63,927 nucleotides of DNA, filler included, from Guillardia theta CCMP2712 (GCF_000315625.1; 6 parts of 6 records of this genome joined end to end with filler, not necessarily neighbours in it); one strand, 5' to 3'. Positions 1 to 17,535 are shown, counted from the first letter of the whole stretch. Numbers and translations: made by a program. Notes: generated by a model not told the origin, from the sequence alone.

Positions 1-600
1 GGAGACGTTGGAGGAGGAGTTGTACCGGGAAGGAACGCGAGGGGCAGGCGGAAGTGGTGGGAGAGGTTGAGCAGATGCTCGAAGCTCCTGATCCTCGAGA
101 TGTTGATCCTGCCCAGGTCCGGCATCTGCATCCAGTGCGCCCTGCGCATGTTGGGCTCGGAGGAGTCCTTGGACACGTTCTCTGCCGCCTCGCAGCATCG
201 GCGAGAGAGCATGATCTCTGACAGAGACTTGTCGCTCAGAGCTCTCCGCGTCAGCCCCCGCGGGATCCTTGTCTCCTCCCCCATGTGCAGGCTCGCCCTC
301 GACACCGAGGCGCCGCGGGGGACGCTAGGGGAGAGGCCATGCATGAGGTCGAAGTCGTGCATGAGGTCATGCCGGAACGAGCAGTTCACTCGGGACAGGA
401 CCGCAAGCTCCTGCAGCTCCTTGGCCCTCGTAACCTCTTTGTCCCACTCCGCGCTCCCCATTCTTCCCGCCTTCATCCCTCCCAGCAAGGGATCCGATCT
501 CGTCTGCCCGACATGTCGGCCAGCATCGGCAGTCTTCCCCGTAGGGAGGCAGAGCAGCAGGAAGAAGAGCCGGCTGCTCACAAACAAGAGCTCTTTGTAG
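1..600 (-). CDS. Hypothetical protein exon running off the left edge
   Basis: A minus-strand frame is open to position 1 (...GMKAGRMGSAEWDKEVTRAKELQELAVLSRVNCSFRHDLMHDFDLMHG...RIRSFEHLLNLS...). It has no stop inside the window, so the ORF track omits it. No domain recognised. Confidence 0.45.
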
Positions 601-3163
601 TGAGTGCCTCGCTGCCTCCACCAGGGATCGAGAGACGTCCTCCCCTGGGCCCTGTTGCATCCTGCAGCCAGCATCGAAGGCAGCAAGCCGAGAGTATCGT
701 CACGTGAGATCGTTGCGGCCACTTGCTCACGTCATCCTGCACAAGAAGACACGTCAGGCCTGAACCTTCACATCCAACCACCACCAGTCTCATCGCTGGG
801 GGTAACCCTCAAACCATCACCACATCGATATGGACAACAATCCTTGGACAACCTGACGGCAACCGCCTTATCCTGACGTTTAGGAGCTTCTCGCCAACTA
901 ATCCCTCCCCTAATGCTGCCTCCTCCCTCTCACACAATTATCCAGCCTTGCACTATGTGGTGGATTCTGAATCATCAGCCTCATACAGCAGAGCTTTGCC
1001 TCTGCTCAACCTGTTCAACCATGGCATTCATCTACCCGAAATCTTCTCGTAGTTTTCATTGTTGTCCAAGTTCCTCTGTCTGAGTAAGTCTTTCCCTCAG
1101 TCCCTGCCTCTGTACCTGCGATTCTCGACTTGTTGTTGCCTTCTGCTGCTGCTGCCGCCGCCACAACTCTCTACATCTATCTACCTGACTTAGCTGTATC
1201 TCTCCGTCTTTCGGTTCCCTCCCTTCTCTCACACTCGCTCGCTGCCCCTCTCCTCCCTCCCTCCTCCTCCCCTGCTCCCCCTCTTGGCAACTCTGTGGGG
1301 AGCATGTCGCATTTCCTACACCCACCCATCACCCCCCAGTTTCCCCTTGACCACCTACCCACTCCCCCTTTAGACCCCTTGACAACCTGTTAACCACCCT
1401 CTCATGGAAGCGCCAATACCACCCCTACCCTTTTAGACGCGCCTCCACCCCACATAGTAGGAATTTTGAAATTTGAACCAAACATGCAAATTTAATTTTG
1501 AACTTTGCAAACTATATTTCAATGTGGTGCAACCCTACCCCCAAGATAACCCCCTACCTTGGAAAATATTCCATGTGTTGTATCCCGCACCCGTCTATAA
1601 TATAGTGTACCCCACAGATCATCTTGATTTTCCGCTCTTACTACCCGGTACTTCGACTTCCACAAATTCTGTGTACCCACCAAGAGAGATTTCTCTGTCT
1701 GCTTCCATGACCCCTACCCCTCATTTTCCAATTTCACGATTGTTGCACAACGTCCACCCACCCCAATTCAATCCATGTCCTTCTTTTCATACCACCCACC
1801 CTTTTCAGACAAAATTTGTTCACCCGTGCTTTTGCCTCTCAAACAGACCCGTACTCAAAGTACCCCCACCCATTGACAAAAGCCCCCTTTCCCTGGAGAT
1901 CAGTACCCCTTACCCTCTATGAACAGATCAAATTGTAGTTCTTTCCACCCTACCACGAGATACCCTACCTACCTTTTTGACAAACGAGTGATTAGAGTAC
2001 CCCTACTTTCACCTCAAAATGACCCATGAATACCTAGGTATTGTACAATCATATTACCACCTAACCCTGAAAAAAAGTACCCCACGTATTCCTCATCATA
2101 TATCTCCAGATCACCCACCCCTTTTCCCTCGGCCTCCACTCTGAAAAGAACCCCTACCCCCATTTAGCCAAATCACCACCCCGACCCCTCATTTCGATAT
2201 TTTCACACCCCCCTCTTTGTGAAAAATTCTCCCAATCTGTAGCTACCCACCCTTTGTACTACCCCACCCCTAATTTTTTGACCTTTGAACTATAAAACTA
2301 CCGGGAATATATCAGCACGGTACTACCCCTACCCCCATTCCTGAGCCTACATGTATTCGAGCCCGCGTCAGAGAAAAGTTTTCGGTAACCTGTTTAGTTA
2401 CTGTAAACCAAAACCACCCCACCCACCTTTTCTTCCTCCAATAGACACCCTTGCTTTTCTGAAACCCAGCCCCCTACTAGTTCGTATCACCCCCCTTTGT
2501 TTGCGACTACCCCCTCTTTTCAGAGATGATATACGAGAAAGCATATGGTACTATGCTGAGATCTGTTCAAGGACCGGTACATGTATCTACCCCACCATGA
2601 GAATAAAAACAAGAACAAATACACTACCGGTCCTTTCATGGCGCCAGGCTTTGTTCCCGCAACGATGGAGGTTCCCCGGCCACAACCCGCCTGTCATGCG
2701 CACTCTCTCCTCCTCTACCCTCGTCCCTCGCGTCTCTTGTCTCCCTCGCCTCCTCCCTCGCGTCGTGCTCTCTCGTCTGCTACCTCCCTGATTCTTGCCT
2801 TGCCTTGCTCTGCCCCTTCCTGCCCCGGCAAGCCTCGTCACCACTGGTCGCGCCATGACCTGTTTCAAGTTCTCGTCTGTGCATGTTGCCGGCTGACCTC
2901 CTTTGTCTGTTTGTATGTTGACCACCTCCTGTGTTTCCTGCATTGCTGCCCCTGTTTTTTCGTGCTCCTTCTCATCTTGTTTGATTTGTCTTGCTCTTGG
3001 TGTTCGTCTTCATGACACACCATGGCCTCGCTTCATCTGTACTGTTGCATGCTCGCAGCTCTGGCCGTCCTCTTCCCCTCACGCTCTCCTCTTGTTTTGT
3101 CTTCCTGCACTCTAGAGGGACCTGAGTTCCCCTGCGGCGATTCTTCTCACCGCTGGCCATGAC

Positions 3164-6100
3164 ATGCTCGCAGCTATGAAGAAATCGGTCCAAGACAAGC
3201 AGACGATCGTTCCCCTAGAGGACGTGCATCGTTCCAGCTCAGAGGCGTTCGATCAGTCGGCGTCCATGTCTCCAGGAGCGCTGCTGAGGGCGGAGATCAG
3301 AGACCTCTCGTCGGGCATCGCCGAGAAATGCGCCTTTGACGAGGGGAGCAGGGCCGACGTGCCGCCGCTGTTGAGCTCCAAGGATGACTCGGAGCCGATA
3401 GTCGGCGATGGGTCGAACATAGACTGCTTCCTCCCTCCCGACAAAGTCATCGACCTCCAGCAGGACAACTCGGTGGGCACACCTTCCGCTGCTCTTGCTT
3501 CCTGTTGTGACTGTGGGACGCGACCAGGCCGGGGAGCAGGGGAAGTTCCAGTCGGAGATACTGGACCGGGACGCTGGTGGGGAGTCCTTCGACTCGAGCA
3601 GGGAGAGTACTTTCGAGAACATTCCGTTCAGATGGGAGAACGAGCCCCAAGATAGCCCGTGAGCTTTTTCCTTCGTCTCCTGCTCCTCTCAGCTCTGTGT
3701 CGTGCTACAGGAAAGCGTGTGACGATGCCGAAGCGCCAAGGTAGTGGAGAGATGTCAAGAGGATGGAGGAACTGAGAAGTATGTCTTGCTCAGGGTAAGA
3801 GCGTTCCAGCTGATCAACGATAAGGACCTGTTGATGGTCAAGAGCGAGCAGGTCAGCTGACATCTGCTGAGTTCCCTTGGGAGAGAGGGCTGAGTCTGGT
3901 GGTCTGAAGGAATTCAAGAGCTTCCTGGGCTGTGGGTCGGATGATCTCGTGAAGGTATTCTCTCCCTCTCCCTCTCCCTCTCCCTCTCCCTCTCCCTCTC
4001 CCTCTCCCCCCTCCCCCTCTCCCCTCCCCCTCCCCCTCCCCCCTCTTCCTCTCCCTGCATGCTGCTCTTGCGCTGAAGCTCAAGTCAGGTCGTCTCGATG
4101 TTCGGCAACACCGGGGACGGCAAGTCTTACACCTTGAACCACTGCTTCTTCCACGGACAAGAGGTTAGGACAACTGCCTCCTCCGTTCCCGGCTCATGTC
4201 GTGATGCAGGTCTTCGGAACCTCCGACTCGCAAACTTCCTGCACAGCAGGAGCGTGGATGGCGTACAACGTGGATCACAAGGCAATCGTGATCGACACGG
4301 AGGGCATGCTTGCGGTGTCGGAGAACGAGAACGAGAGGAAGAGGTTGCTGCTCAAGGTGCTGGCATCGGGTGCGGTAGAGACTGTCATGGGCTGATTTGT
4401 CGCTGGCAGATCCTGGCTGTCTCGGACCTGGCGATCTACGTGACTCGTGCTGAGCGGCTCCACCAAGACATGTTCCAGTTCTTGGAGGACGCATCCACTG
4501 CTTTCTGCAAATACTTCCAGGTCCCTGCTCAGTCCTCTCCTCTTCCCTGCCCCTCCTTGTCTCCTCATCCTCCTTGTCCTTTACCTTCCCTCCTCCTTTT
4601 CTCCTCCATCCTGACAACCTGGCCTCCTCCTTGTCCTTCACCTTCCCTCCCCCCCCCTTCCCATCTCCCCTCGTCTCCGATCCCCGTCGCTTTGGACCAT
4701 TCCACCGCTGCTCGTCCCCGTTGTGACTCCCTCCTGCAGTCCGAGCTCGAGGCTGTCGCTGTCAAGACGGGAGTGCAGACGATGGTGTCGTCGGTGGGCC
4801 CGGCCCTCATCATCTTCCACGAGACTCGCAACACTGAAGTTCTCAAGAGTGACGTCACCTCCAACCTGGTGGAGCGATTCACGACAGCCTCCAACAAGGA
4901 GATCCGCTCCTTCCCCCTCGCCTACTCCGACGTCCAGTACGTCGGTTCCCGCAAGCCTGAAGGCCATAAGACCGACTTCTCCCCGCTGCAGCTCGCCATA
5001 GCCAGCAGCCTTGCCAAGTGTACGGTAAGGATACACCGGGCCCCGCAGGTGGTCTATCAACAGATTGTCTCCCTCAACGACAAGTTCTCGGGTCAGCTCC
5101 CGACGCACTGCGGCAACATCCTCCCCGACGTCTTGTTCCGCTGCCCCCACCGCTGCTTCGCCTGCGGGCTGCAGTGCAACCAGACGGTCAGCCATGACGT
5201 GCTCAAGTCCCCGCACTCTGTGGAGGGCACATGCAAGTTTGTTGCCTGCTACGGCAACGAGGAGTACACGTGCCAGGAGTGCTACCGGCAGGGGCAGCGG
5301 CGGGTAGTGGCAAAGGTCGACAGCGTGACGTTGGGGGTCGTGTGGGGGGCCCAGTGGCACTGCCCCAAGTGCAAGGTCGTCTACTCGGAGAACTTCTACC
5401 ACCACGATCGCCAGAAGTTCCTGGAGAAACTTCGACCAGAGTGCACGCACGTGTGGGAGGAGAGTGTGGTGGGAGGAGAAGCGGCGGGGAACACGGCGAG
5501 GAAGGCGATCGAGACCATCAGAAACTATGCCGGGGTGGTCGCTGCGGTAGGAGACAAGCCGGTCAACGCGGCGCTGGTGGCGGTGAAGGACTGGACGCGA
5601 CCGGCGTACTGGGCCAAGGACGAAGACATCGTGGCATGCCGGCAGTGCGCACGTGGGCTGGCGACGAGCTCGCAGAAGCATCACTGCAGGAGGTGCGGGG
5701 AAGGATTCTGCGACACGTGCTCGACCGGGAGGATCCCCGTGAGGGAGCGAGGATGGATGAACCCGGTGAGGGTGTGCGATACCTGCCTGGAGATCCTGTC
5801 GAGGGAGGAGGAGATGCTGGCGAGCACGGCCAAGGAGCGAGAGGAGGAAGTGTGGCAGGAGGACTCGGATGAGGAGGTCTGCGTCCTCAACGATGCTGCA
5901 CACAACTTGCCGTCGGAAGAATGCAAGCAACCATTCCTGCCCTCTGGGATGTGGGAGGCTGTCCAGGCATGTGGAGGAGGCGGGTGGGAGATGGAGGGAA
6001 GGAAGTTGGGAGGGGAGGGGGGCAAGTGGAGGTGGAGAAAGAGAAGTTGGGAGGGAGGAGGAAGGCGGGGAAAGGCGGGGGGGGGAGGGGGAGAGGAGAA

Positions 6101-6327
6101 GAGGGGGAGAGGAGGAGGAGGGAGAAGTGAACTTTAAATTATGCAGCAACCCAATCTTCCACGGAAGGGGATCGAGACACTAGCTGGGGCTGCGAGCTAC
6201 GTGCATGTGAGAGGAGGAGGAGGAGGAGGAGGAGGAGGAGGCAGGGGACTGATGAGCGGGACAGGGCACTATGGCGGAGTATGGGAAGGTGTTGACAGAT
6301 CTCAGCAACCCGGACTATTGGGAGAAA
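3164..6327 (+). CDS. ZFYVE1: ZFYVE1/DFCP1-like protein (GBP-like P-loop NTPase plus FYVE domains), multi-exon, 3' end lost in gap
   Basis: Spliced exons give VRAFQLINDKDLL, EFKSFLGCGSDDLVK|VVSMFGNTGDGKSYTLNHCFF, SCTAGAWMAY..IVIDTEGML..RKRLLLK and ILAVSDLAIYVTRAERLHQDMFQFL, all collinear with recalled ZFYVE1 motifs. FYVE domain: YWAKD..CRQC..KHHCRRCGEGFCDTC..RVCDTC. DLSNPDYWEK just before the gap resembles the start of a second FYVE. Confidence 0.88.
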
Positions 6328-6429
6328 NNNNNNNNNNNNNNNNNNNNNNNNNNNNNNNNNNNNNNNNNNNNTTAATTAATTAANNNNNNNNNNNNNNNNN
6401 NNNNNNNNNNNNNNNNNNNNNNNNNNNCA

Positions 6430-10740
<4,311 letters not shown>

Positions 10741-12141
10741 TGAACAAGCCTCCCGCACGAGCGAGCGAAGAAGAGGAGAAGAGAGGAAGAGGAAGAGGGA
10801 GAGGAAGAGGAAGAGGAAGAGGAAGAGGAAGAGGAAGAGGAAGAGGAAGATGAGAGGAGAGGAGAGAAGTGAAGAAATGTATTTACCAGGATAGAGACAG
10901 CAGAAAGATAAAATGTTGTAAAATCAGAAAAGGAGGTCGAACAATCCAAAGGAGGGGGGAAGACGATGCGGAGGACGAGGGATCGAAAGAACGTTTGAGG
11001 GATGGAGGGAGGAAGATGAGAATGGGAGAGAGCAAGAGGATGCAGGGAAAGGGGGAGGAGGGAGGAGGGAGGAGGGAGGAGGGAGGAGGGAGGAGGGAGG
11101 AGGGAGGAGGGAGGAGGGAGGAGGGAGGAGGGTAGGGGAGTGAAATTGGATTCCCTAGAAAATGGCGAAGGAAGAGACCACATTATTGGCAAGTTGCCTT
11201 AATTGTCATCTAAATTTTCAAATTTTGGAACGATATTTCATATTCTATCCACAAGATTTTGCCATTTCAGTGAACCCTTTGGGTCCAGGGAGGATGCACC
11301 TCCACCCCTCCCCTCACCACTACCCCCTTTCACCCATATCTGAACCCCTACTTTACTAGCCTACCACCACCCCTACCCCCCCACCATTCTGCGCATGCGG
11401 AATTTCCAACACCCTCTTGATTTTCAAGAATGACCCCAGGTATTAACTACCCCCTCCTTTGACTACATATACCCCACCTTTTTCCTGAAGATTATTATCT
11501 TACTAGCTGTGTGCCTGGGCTTTTCTAGTTAATTAACTTTGACGTAGGAAAAGGGTCATATGAAGCGTCATAGCATCCCTACCCTAGCCTGAATAGCAAA
11601 GTTAATTCCGTTAAAAATCCCCCTCAATACCGTACATGAAGCCTCCGAGTTCAAGTTCGAAACCGTCTTCCGGGGGGCCCGGGCAGCCGGGCCCGGGCGG
11701 CGTACTCCGTACGGTCAGCGAGTCAAGGAGTGGCTGGCCGCCGGTGGTACATGAGTCGCTGGGGCTCAGCTGGAGGCCCTCGGGTGATGGGGTGTGCCCT
11801 GAGAGACGGTGAGACAGTACGGTCCGATCACCAGGCTACTCGGCCGGGAGCAGACAGCGGGGGACTCGGAGGCCCGGGTGTTCTACGGTTAACTTCGCCG
11901 GGCCCTCACGAGCAGGCATGCATGGTCCAGAGGAGGACGACCGATACTCACCTACAAGTCACGGCACGGCACCTTCGAGGGCTGTAGCGGGGGCGTGTAA
12001 GAGGGTATCTGTGTATCATGGTATGCCGTGAAGCTCCTCAAAGTATCGCTCACTCGCTGACCGACCTCTTGTACCCCATGCCTCCTCCCTCTTGTCCGAC
12101 GTCCTTCACATACACGAGTCTCAGCAGTCAGACTCAGAGCC

Positions 12142-12857
12142 TGTCATGCTCGACTGGCAGCCCCCAGTCTTCTCCCTCCCCAGATGACAAGCGCTCTGTA
12201 GCACAAGCCTCTACTGCCATACTGTCAGAGCTCATAGGAACCGAGCCCGAGTCAGACAAAGGCCTATCAGGATGAAAGGACAGTTGGCTGTCTCGTACTC
12301 GTGTTCGAAGCTGACTTCTCCTGGATGACCCAGGATACTCTACTCCAGTGTGAAGCTGCTGAAAGGACCCCTGTGGAGGCCTTTGTTGCAGCAACCGTGT
12401 ACCCGTGGGGGACTTACAAGGTAAACAGAAGGGGTGCGTCTTGTGCAGTACGACCCGTTGGAAACAGCTTGCTGCCATGCAAGGACGGGGTTCTCTTCCC
12501 TGCGAGAGAGCATGGTATCCTCTCGAAGGTCAGAAGGGATGCTTGTCAACTTCCAAGAACAGGACACCCCTCCTTTCTGTAGCCAAGAGACGGCACCCCT
12601 GGCTCATTCCTCGAAGCTATAAAAGGATGAAACTCGTCAGAGCTAGGTGGTCCTCTTCCCCTTTCGTGTGTGTGCCACGATTGTTGAGACGTCTTTGTGT
12701 GTATCGTCTTGTCTTGTTTTGTGTGTGTGTGTGAAAGAAATAAAAGAGAGTTAGATCTCCTTCTGTTTCACCGCTTTCCCTCTTAGTAGAGAAATCCAAC
12801 GTGAGTTCTTATTGAACTGCGCTTGAAGGTCCACTCGAGAATCTTCGAGGTGTGACA
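12142..12857 (+). mobile_element. Putative 5' LTR of Ty3/Gypsy element
   Basis: Starts TGTCA(tgctcga) and ends (tcgaggtg)TGACA, an imperfect inverted terminus. TATAAAA at 12618, AATAAA at 12739, PBS directly downstream. The left boundary is inferred because no second LTR is visible. Confidence 0.55.
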
Positions 12858-12863
12858 TAAAAT

Positions 12864-12874
12864 TGGTAGCAAGG
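12864..12874 (+). promoter_or_regulatory. Primer binding site TGGTAGCAAGG (probably initiator tRNA-Met type)
   Basis: Begins TGG 6 nt after the LTR-ending CA and resembles the TGGTAGCAGAG complement of eukaryotic initiator tRNA-Met 3' ends. Confidence 0.55.
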
Positions 12875-12962
12875 TTGTGATCGGTGACAGAGATCGAGTC
12901 TTCTCTCTTCCCCTCCCTTTCTCCACTGTTCTTCTGCTTCTTCCTACGCTTACGTCGCGTAG

Positions 12963-15306
12963 ATGTCCGGATACAATACTCGACTCGCAGCTCGCATGCT
13001 GGACGAGAATGCTACGGATACTTTGGAACATGACTGGCAATCTGCTGCCGGCATTGACGACGATCTTCGTCCCGAATCGACCGAGGATCGGTCGCTCCAA
13101 AACATGTCTGCCGCGCTGCTGGAGGTTCAGCAGCGGTTGAACGCTCTCGAAGCTCCTGCTTCTTCTGAGGCGGTCCCGCCCGCCGCTCTCAAGCCTGGAC
13201 CGCCCCCCATCTCCTCGCGTGACGGTCCTCAGCTGGTCTCTCTGGCTGATCAGCAATTGCTTGCTAAGTTGCGCAATCTCCCCAAGTTGGATACTGCCCG
13301 CCAAACTAGCGCCAACAATGTCTTGACATGGGTTCAAACCATTCAGTACTCCTTTGCTGTGTATGGTATCCCCCGAGCCAACTGGGTTGTCCATACCCTC
13401 GATTTACTGGATGCTCCAGTGCGCCAACACTTCGTGGCCAAGTACCCGCCAGAGACCTTTCGCCGCATGGAGTGGGATACATTTTCAGAGGAAATTCGTG
13501 AAAAATTCCTGCCTCCTCACCTGCTGTCGACTCTCATTCACCAACTCGACAATTTGAATCAAGACCGTCAGGAATCTCTTGCTTCGTATGCTGCCCGAAC
13601 CCTGACCTTAATCGAGCAACTTCAGCTCCTTCCGGATGGTAAATTATTTGCGACGTCCTCACTGGTCTGCAAACGGTTCATTAATGGTGTCCGATCGCAT
13701 ATGACTGCTCTACTCTTGAATCAGTGGGTGACTCTACAGCGTTCGGATGATGTTGACTTCCGTCAGCTCAGGGAGTACGCGCTCAAGATCGACAATCAGA
13801 CCAGAACCAAAGACCATTCGACGGGAGCAGATCCCCACCGGCAGCTCTACTCCGTGCAGGTGGGCAATCGCTCCTCTAATTCTAATGATCGCAAGAGTCG
13901 TCCTTCTGGCAAGGCTTCGGCCTTCAAAGAGCGCCGTGCTGCTCGGCAGGACGCCAGGAGTGCGGGAGACTCCTCGTCCCCAAACACATCGACCAATGCC
14001 ATCCGTTGTTACAACTGTGGCAAACTCGGACATCGATCTTCCGAGTGTCGTCGTACCCGCCGCAGTCAGAGTCCTGAACGTGAGCAGTCGTCCGACTCCT
14101 CCTCTCCGCCTCTGCTTGGCGCTGTTCAGACTTCCGACGACCGCAAGGCTGCTCCGTCCGTTGCAGCTAACAAGATTGCTGCTCGCTCGAAGACGCCTAA
14201 GCGCCGTCCTCAGGTGCATTTTGCTGAAGAACTGGAAGATGAAGTGCCTCTGGACGGTGACGCTCTCGAGGTACACTTGCATCCGATTGCACTCCACTCC
14301 CTTGGCTCTCAGGAGCACGGGGCGTCTTCAGGATCGCTTCTCTATCTGCCCATTGTACCACTCACCTCTCCGGTGCCAGCTGCTACTTCCGAGATCCTGG
14401 CTTTGCTTGACTCGGGTGCTGAGATCAGTGTGATCTCGCGTCAGGTTGCGCGACAGCTCCAATTGACCACACAGCGAATTCCCGCCACGCTTACCGCTCA
14501 GTTCGCTCATGGCGACGCCCAGGTCGTGCTTCGTGAAACCTGCCTCCTGCCGTTTCGCATTGCAGGCACCAATGTTGAAACGCAAGAAACGTTCTTCATT
14601 TTGGACTCTCCAGCATCACTGCCGGCGATTTTGTCCCAACCGTTCATTGCCAAGATGAAAATGAATATCGACTTTCATTCCAAGCTCGTTACTATTCCAG
14701 CGCAGGATGGTACTGCGGGGCGTCAACGCCTTCCGCTCGCATTTCACATCCCTGGTCCTGGCTCCGCGGCTATGCGGCAAGCCCAGTGTTTGATTTTTCC
14801 CTGGCATGCGGACTGGAACACGCTTCAGCCTCCTCCACCTGAGGATATGATGCCCTGGGTCATGGCGACCGTGTCCTCGCCTGTTTCTACCAGTTCATTG
14901 CTCTCTCAGGTCGCCTCGTCGGCCTCGCCGCTCGCAGCTCCGGCCTTGCAGGAGCTACTCGAGGATTTTTCCGATGTTCTGGTGGACGAACTACCAATCC
15001 AGCCACCTGTCTCGCGGGGGCAGTATGACGTTGTCCTTCGGGTTCCTGATGACGTTCGTCCAATTCGTCGTCGCCCCTACCGACTTCCGGCGACGCTCCA
15101 GGAGGAGCTCGCTAAAACGATCGACTTCTTGTTGGCACGCGGCATCATCGAGCGGAACAATGATGTCATGTGGCAGAGTCCCGTCATCTTTCTTCGCAAA
15201 GGTCTTTCCTCTGAAGGAGTCCCTCAATTTCGTTTTTGTATTGATTATCGAGGAGTCAACAATCACCTCCTCGACGACAGTTTTCCGCCTCCCGTCCCTA
15301 CCGAGC
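12963..15306 (+). mobile_element. Ty3/Gypsy gag-pol polyprotein (gag, zinc knuckle, aspartic protease, RT start), cut by gap
   Basis: One intronless ORF: gag-like W..F...F region, CYNCGKLGHRSSEC knuckle, LLDSGAEISVI protease, then PIRRRPYRLP..WQSPVIFLRK..FRFCIDYRGVN..DSFPPP. RT directly after protease is the Gypsy order. Confidence 0.93.
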
Positions 15307-16571
15307 NNNNNNNNNNNNNNNNNNNNNNNNNNNNNNNNNNNNNNNNNNNNTTAATTAATTAANNNNNNNNNNNNNNNNNNNNNNNNNNNNNNNNNNNNNN
15401 NNNNNNGAGGAGAGGAGAGGAGAGGAGAGGAGAGGAGAGGAAAGGTGGTAATTGGGGGGAGAGGGGAGGGGGTGGCTTGGCAGAAAGAAGAGGAGCGACA
15501 CCAACTGTTTCACTCACTCTCTCCTGAACCTTTCTTTCAACTCCTCCTTACGATCAAACATCTGTTGGATTGTTGCTTTCCTCTCCTCCGAGTCCGTTGT
15601 CGCGAGCGGGTCCAGCTTCTTGCTGTGGCTGCTGGCCAGGACTGAGGAACTCCGCTCCCACGATGGCTCGGAAAGTTTGTTTTCAACAACTGACATGACG
15701 CTGTTAGTTGTAGTCACATCTCTTGAATGCCACAGCAATGATACATCTCCCTTCTCCTCTTCCTTCCTCCAAAACGCCCTTCGTCACCATCGTCGTCATC
15801 ATATACTCCTCAATCAAATCACTCAGGTGCACAAAAATTCCCAACTCCTCCTACCCATTGCGCAAGTCCTCACCGACAGGAACTTGCAATCATCACTTCC
15901 ACCGTAATCTTCATCCCCATCATCAATATTGCAATCATCTCCATCATCGATATCACTATCCACCCACTCCACCTCCATCATCACACTGTCAACATCATCA
16001 TCTTCACCATCACATCCTTCTTACCTTTCACCATCATTTCCACCACCAACACAACCACAACCACATCCACGACCACCATCATCCTCATCCTTGTCGTCAT
16101 CTTAGACAAGAACACGTTTCTTTACAAGCATCGTGTCCTTCACCTCTGCATGTTTGTTCTCCTTACCTTGTATGCTAACCATCGCCATCACCACCATCGC
16201 CGTCCTCCCTCGCATACTTCCAAGTTTCGTCATGCTCGCATCTCAATCGCTTCCCGATGTTATTTCACCCACAGACCAGCTTTTAAAAGTTCAGTGCCGG
16301 TCGGCCGGGCGGATCTCACGGCACTCCGAGTCACTGGCCGCGTAGGGCCTCCGAAGTTCCGGGCCGAGCCGCTCGGAGAGTCCGAGCCTGAGTCGAGTCA
16401 CACTGAAGTGCAGTCACGGTTGGCAAGGAAGTTGGCAGGATTCAATGATTGGGTTTGGTTCTCGCTGTCTTTTCTCTTCTCGCCGCTGATGGCCTGTGCG
16501 ACAGTGTCAGAGTCCGGAGCCGCCTCCGAGGCTCCTCGACTCTCCTGACTACTCAGGGTCACCGTCCGATC

Positions 16572-16610
16572 ATTGTCCTCGTACTGATTTTTAACTTAAC
16601 TTTGAGTAAA
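16572..16610. repeat. Repeat motif ATTGTCCTCGTACTGATTTTTAACTTAACTTTGAGT(AAA), copy 1
   Basis: Identical 36-bp direct copy at 19279-19314; 27-bp reverse-complement copy at 19240-19266. Confidence 0.85.
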
Positions 16611-17253
16611 TGATGAACTTTGAGTAAAGAAGACTGTGAATGTGGCGGCCCGGCGCCGGCTCGGGCCGTCAGCGCCGGGCCGGGGTCCGATCACTACGTA
16701 ACTTTGAGTAATAAACTTGAAAACGGCGGGGCGCCGGGCCGGGGGGGCCGCACTGGGCACTCAGTGACTGCGGCAAGTCACGATCCTTGTGATCGCAATC
16801 CTAATCGCTTCAACGGGCCCATCACGAGGCTCAGCCGGCTGGCTGGCTAGTGGGTCAGGCACTCCGGCACGTGGCCCGTGGGCCAGGTCATTGGCTTACT
16901 AGTACTGGCATTCAATGATTGTGCCGCGAGTTTTGCTCCTATGTGTTGACTTTGGTGAGGTTCCGGAGCGCATCTCTCAACGGTTCATCGCTCTGGCCCT
17001 TTCTCTACGCCCTTTTGCTCACACTGATGCCACAACTTTACTACGGGAGTTAATCCTCGGTGCTACGGCTCTATTGTGAAGCGACGCAGTTTCAAGGGAG
17101 AAGATACAAACCTGAAACCCGCATGATATCTACTCTACCTCGCCCCCTCTGTCTCGCTTATTCCTCCCGCATCTGATTTCTACTCTACCTCCCCCCCCCC
17201 CTCCCTGTCCCACTTATTCCTCCCCACTTTCAGTAACCTGCTCTCCGATCCAC

Positions 17254-17535
17254 TCATCCTCCCTCCCTTCAATGGCCCCCTCCCCTCTCCTCTCCGTCAC
17301 GATCTCCCAGATCTCCCCTTGGGCTCCTCCCGCAAGTCAATCCCCCAGTCTCTCCGCCCCTTCCGAGCACACGCCCAACCAGCTCCTGAGCAATGTCCTC
17401 GCCGCTAGGAAGAAGGCGTCTCTCGCGCAAGGGGCTCGGACCTGCTCCAAGGCAGCAGCAGCCATCGAGTAGGAGCAAGACAAGGACTCGAGGCAGGCAC
17501 AGTTGTACAGTAGAGCGAGAGGGTATTGTTTGAGT
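17254..17535. repeat. Left arm of ~280-bp inverted duplication
   Basis: Near-identical reverse complement at ~18548-18829; the ORF track shows the same peptides on opposite strands. Confidence 0.9.

Noticed and set aside
1320-2600. TACCCC tracts as interstitial telomere
   Set aside because: Motifs are dispersed and not tandem.
4638-6149. Long antisense ORFs (also 55255-56256, 56405-57565, 23777-24625, 40329-40877)
   Set aside because: Shadows of GC-rich coding sequence on the opposite strand, with no motifs.
6328-6427. TTAATTAATTAA inside N runs (also ~15351, 30851, 38633, 62775)
   Set aside because: Identical six-frame-stop linker at gaps: an assembly artefact. ORFs ending in LIN are artificial.
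15514-15738. Short minus-strand ORF after the gap
   Set aside because: Possibly an exon, but unsupported and not part of the Gypsy pol.
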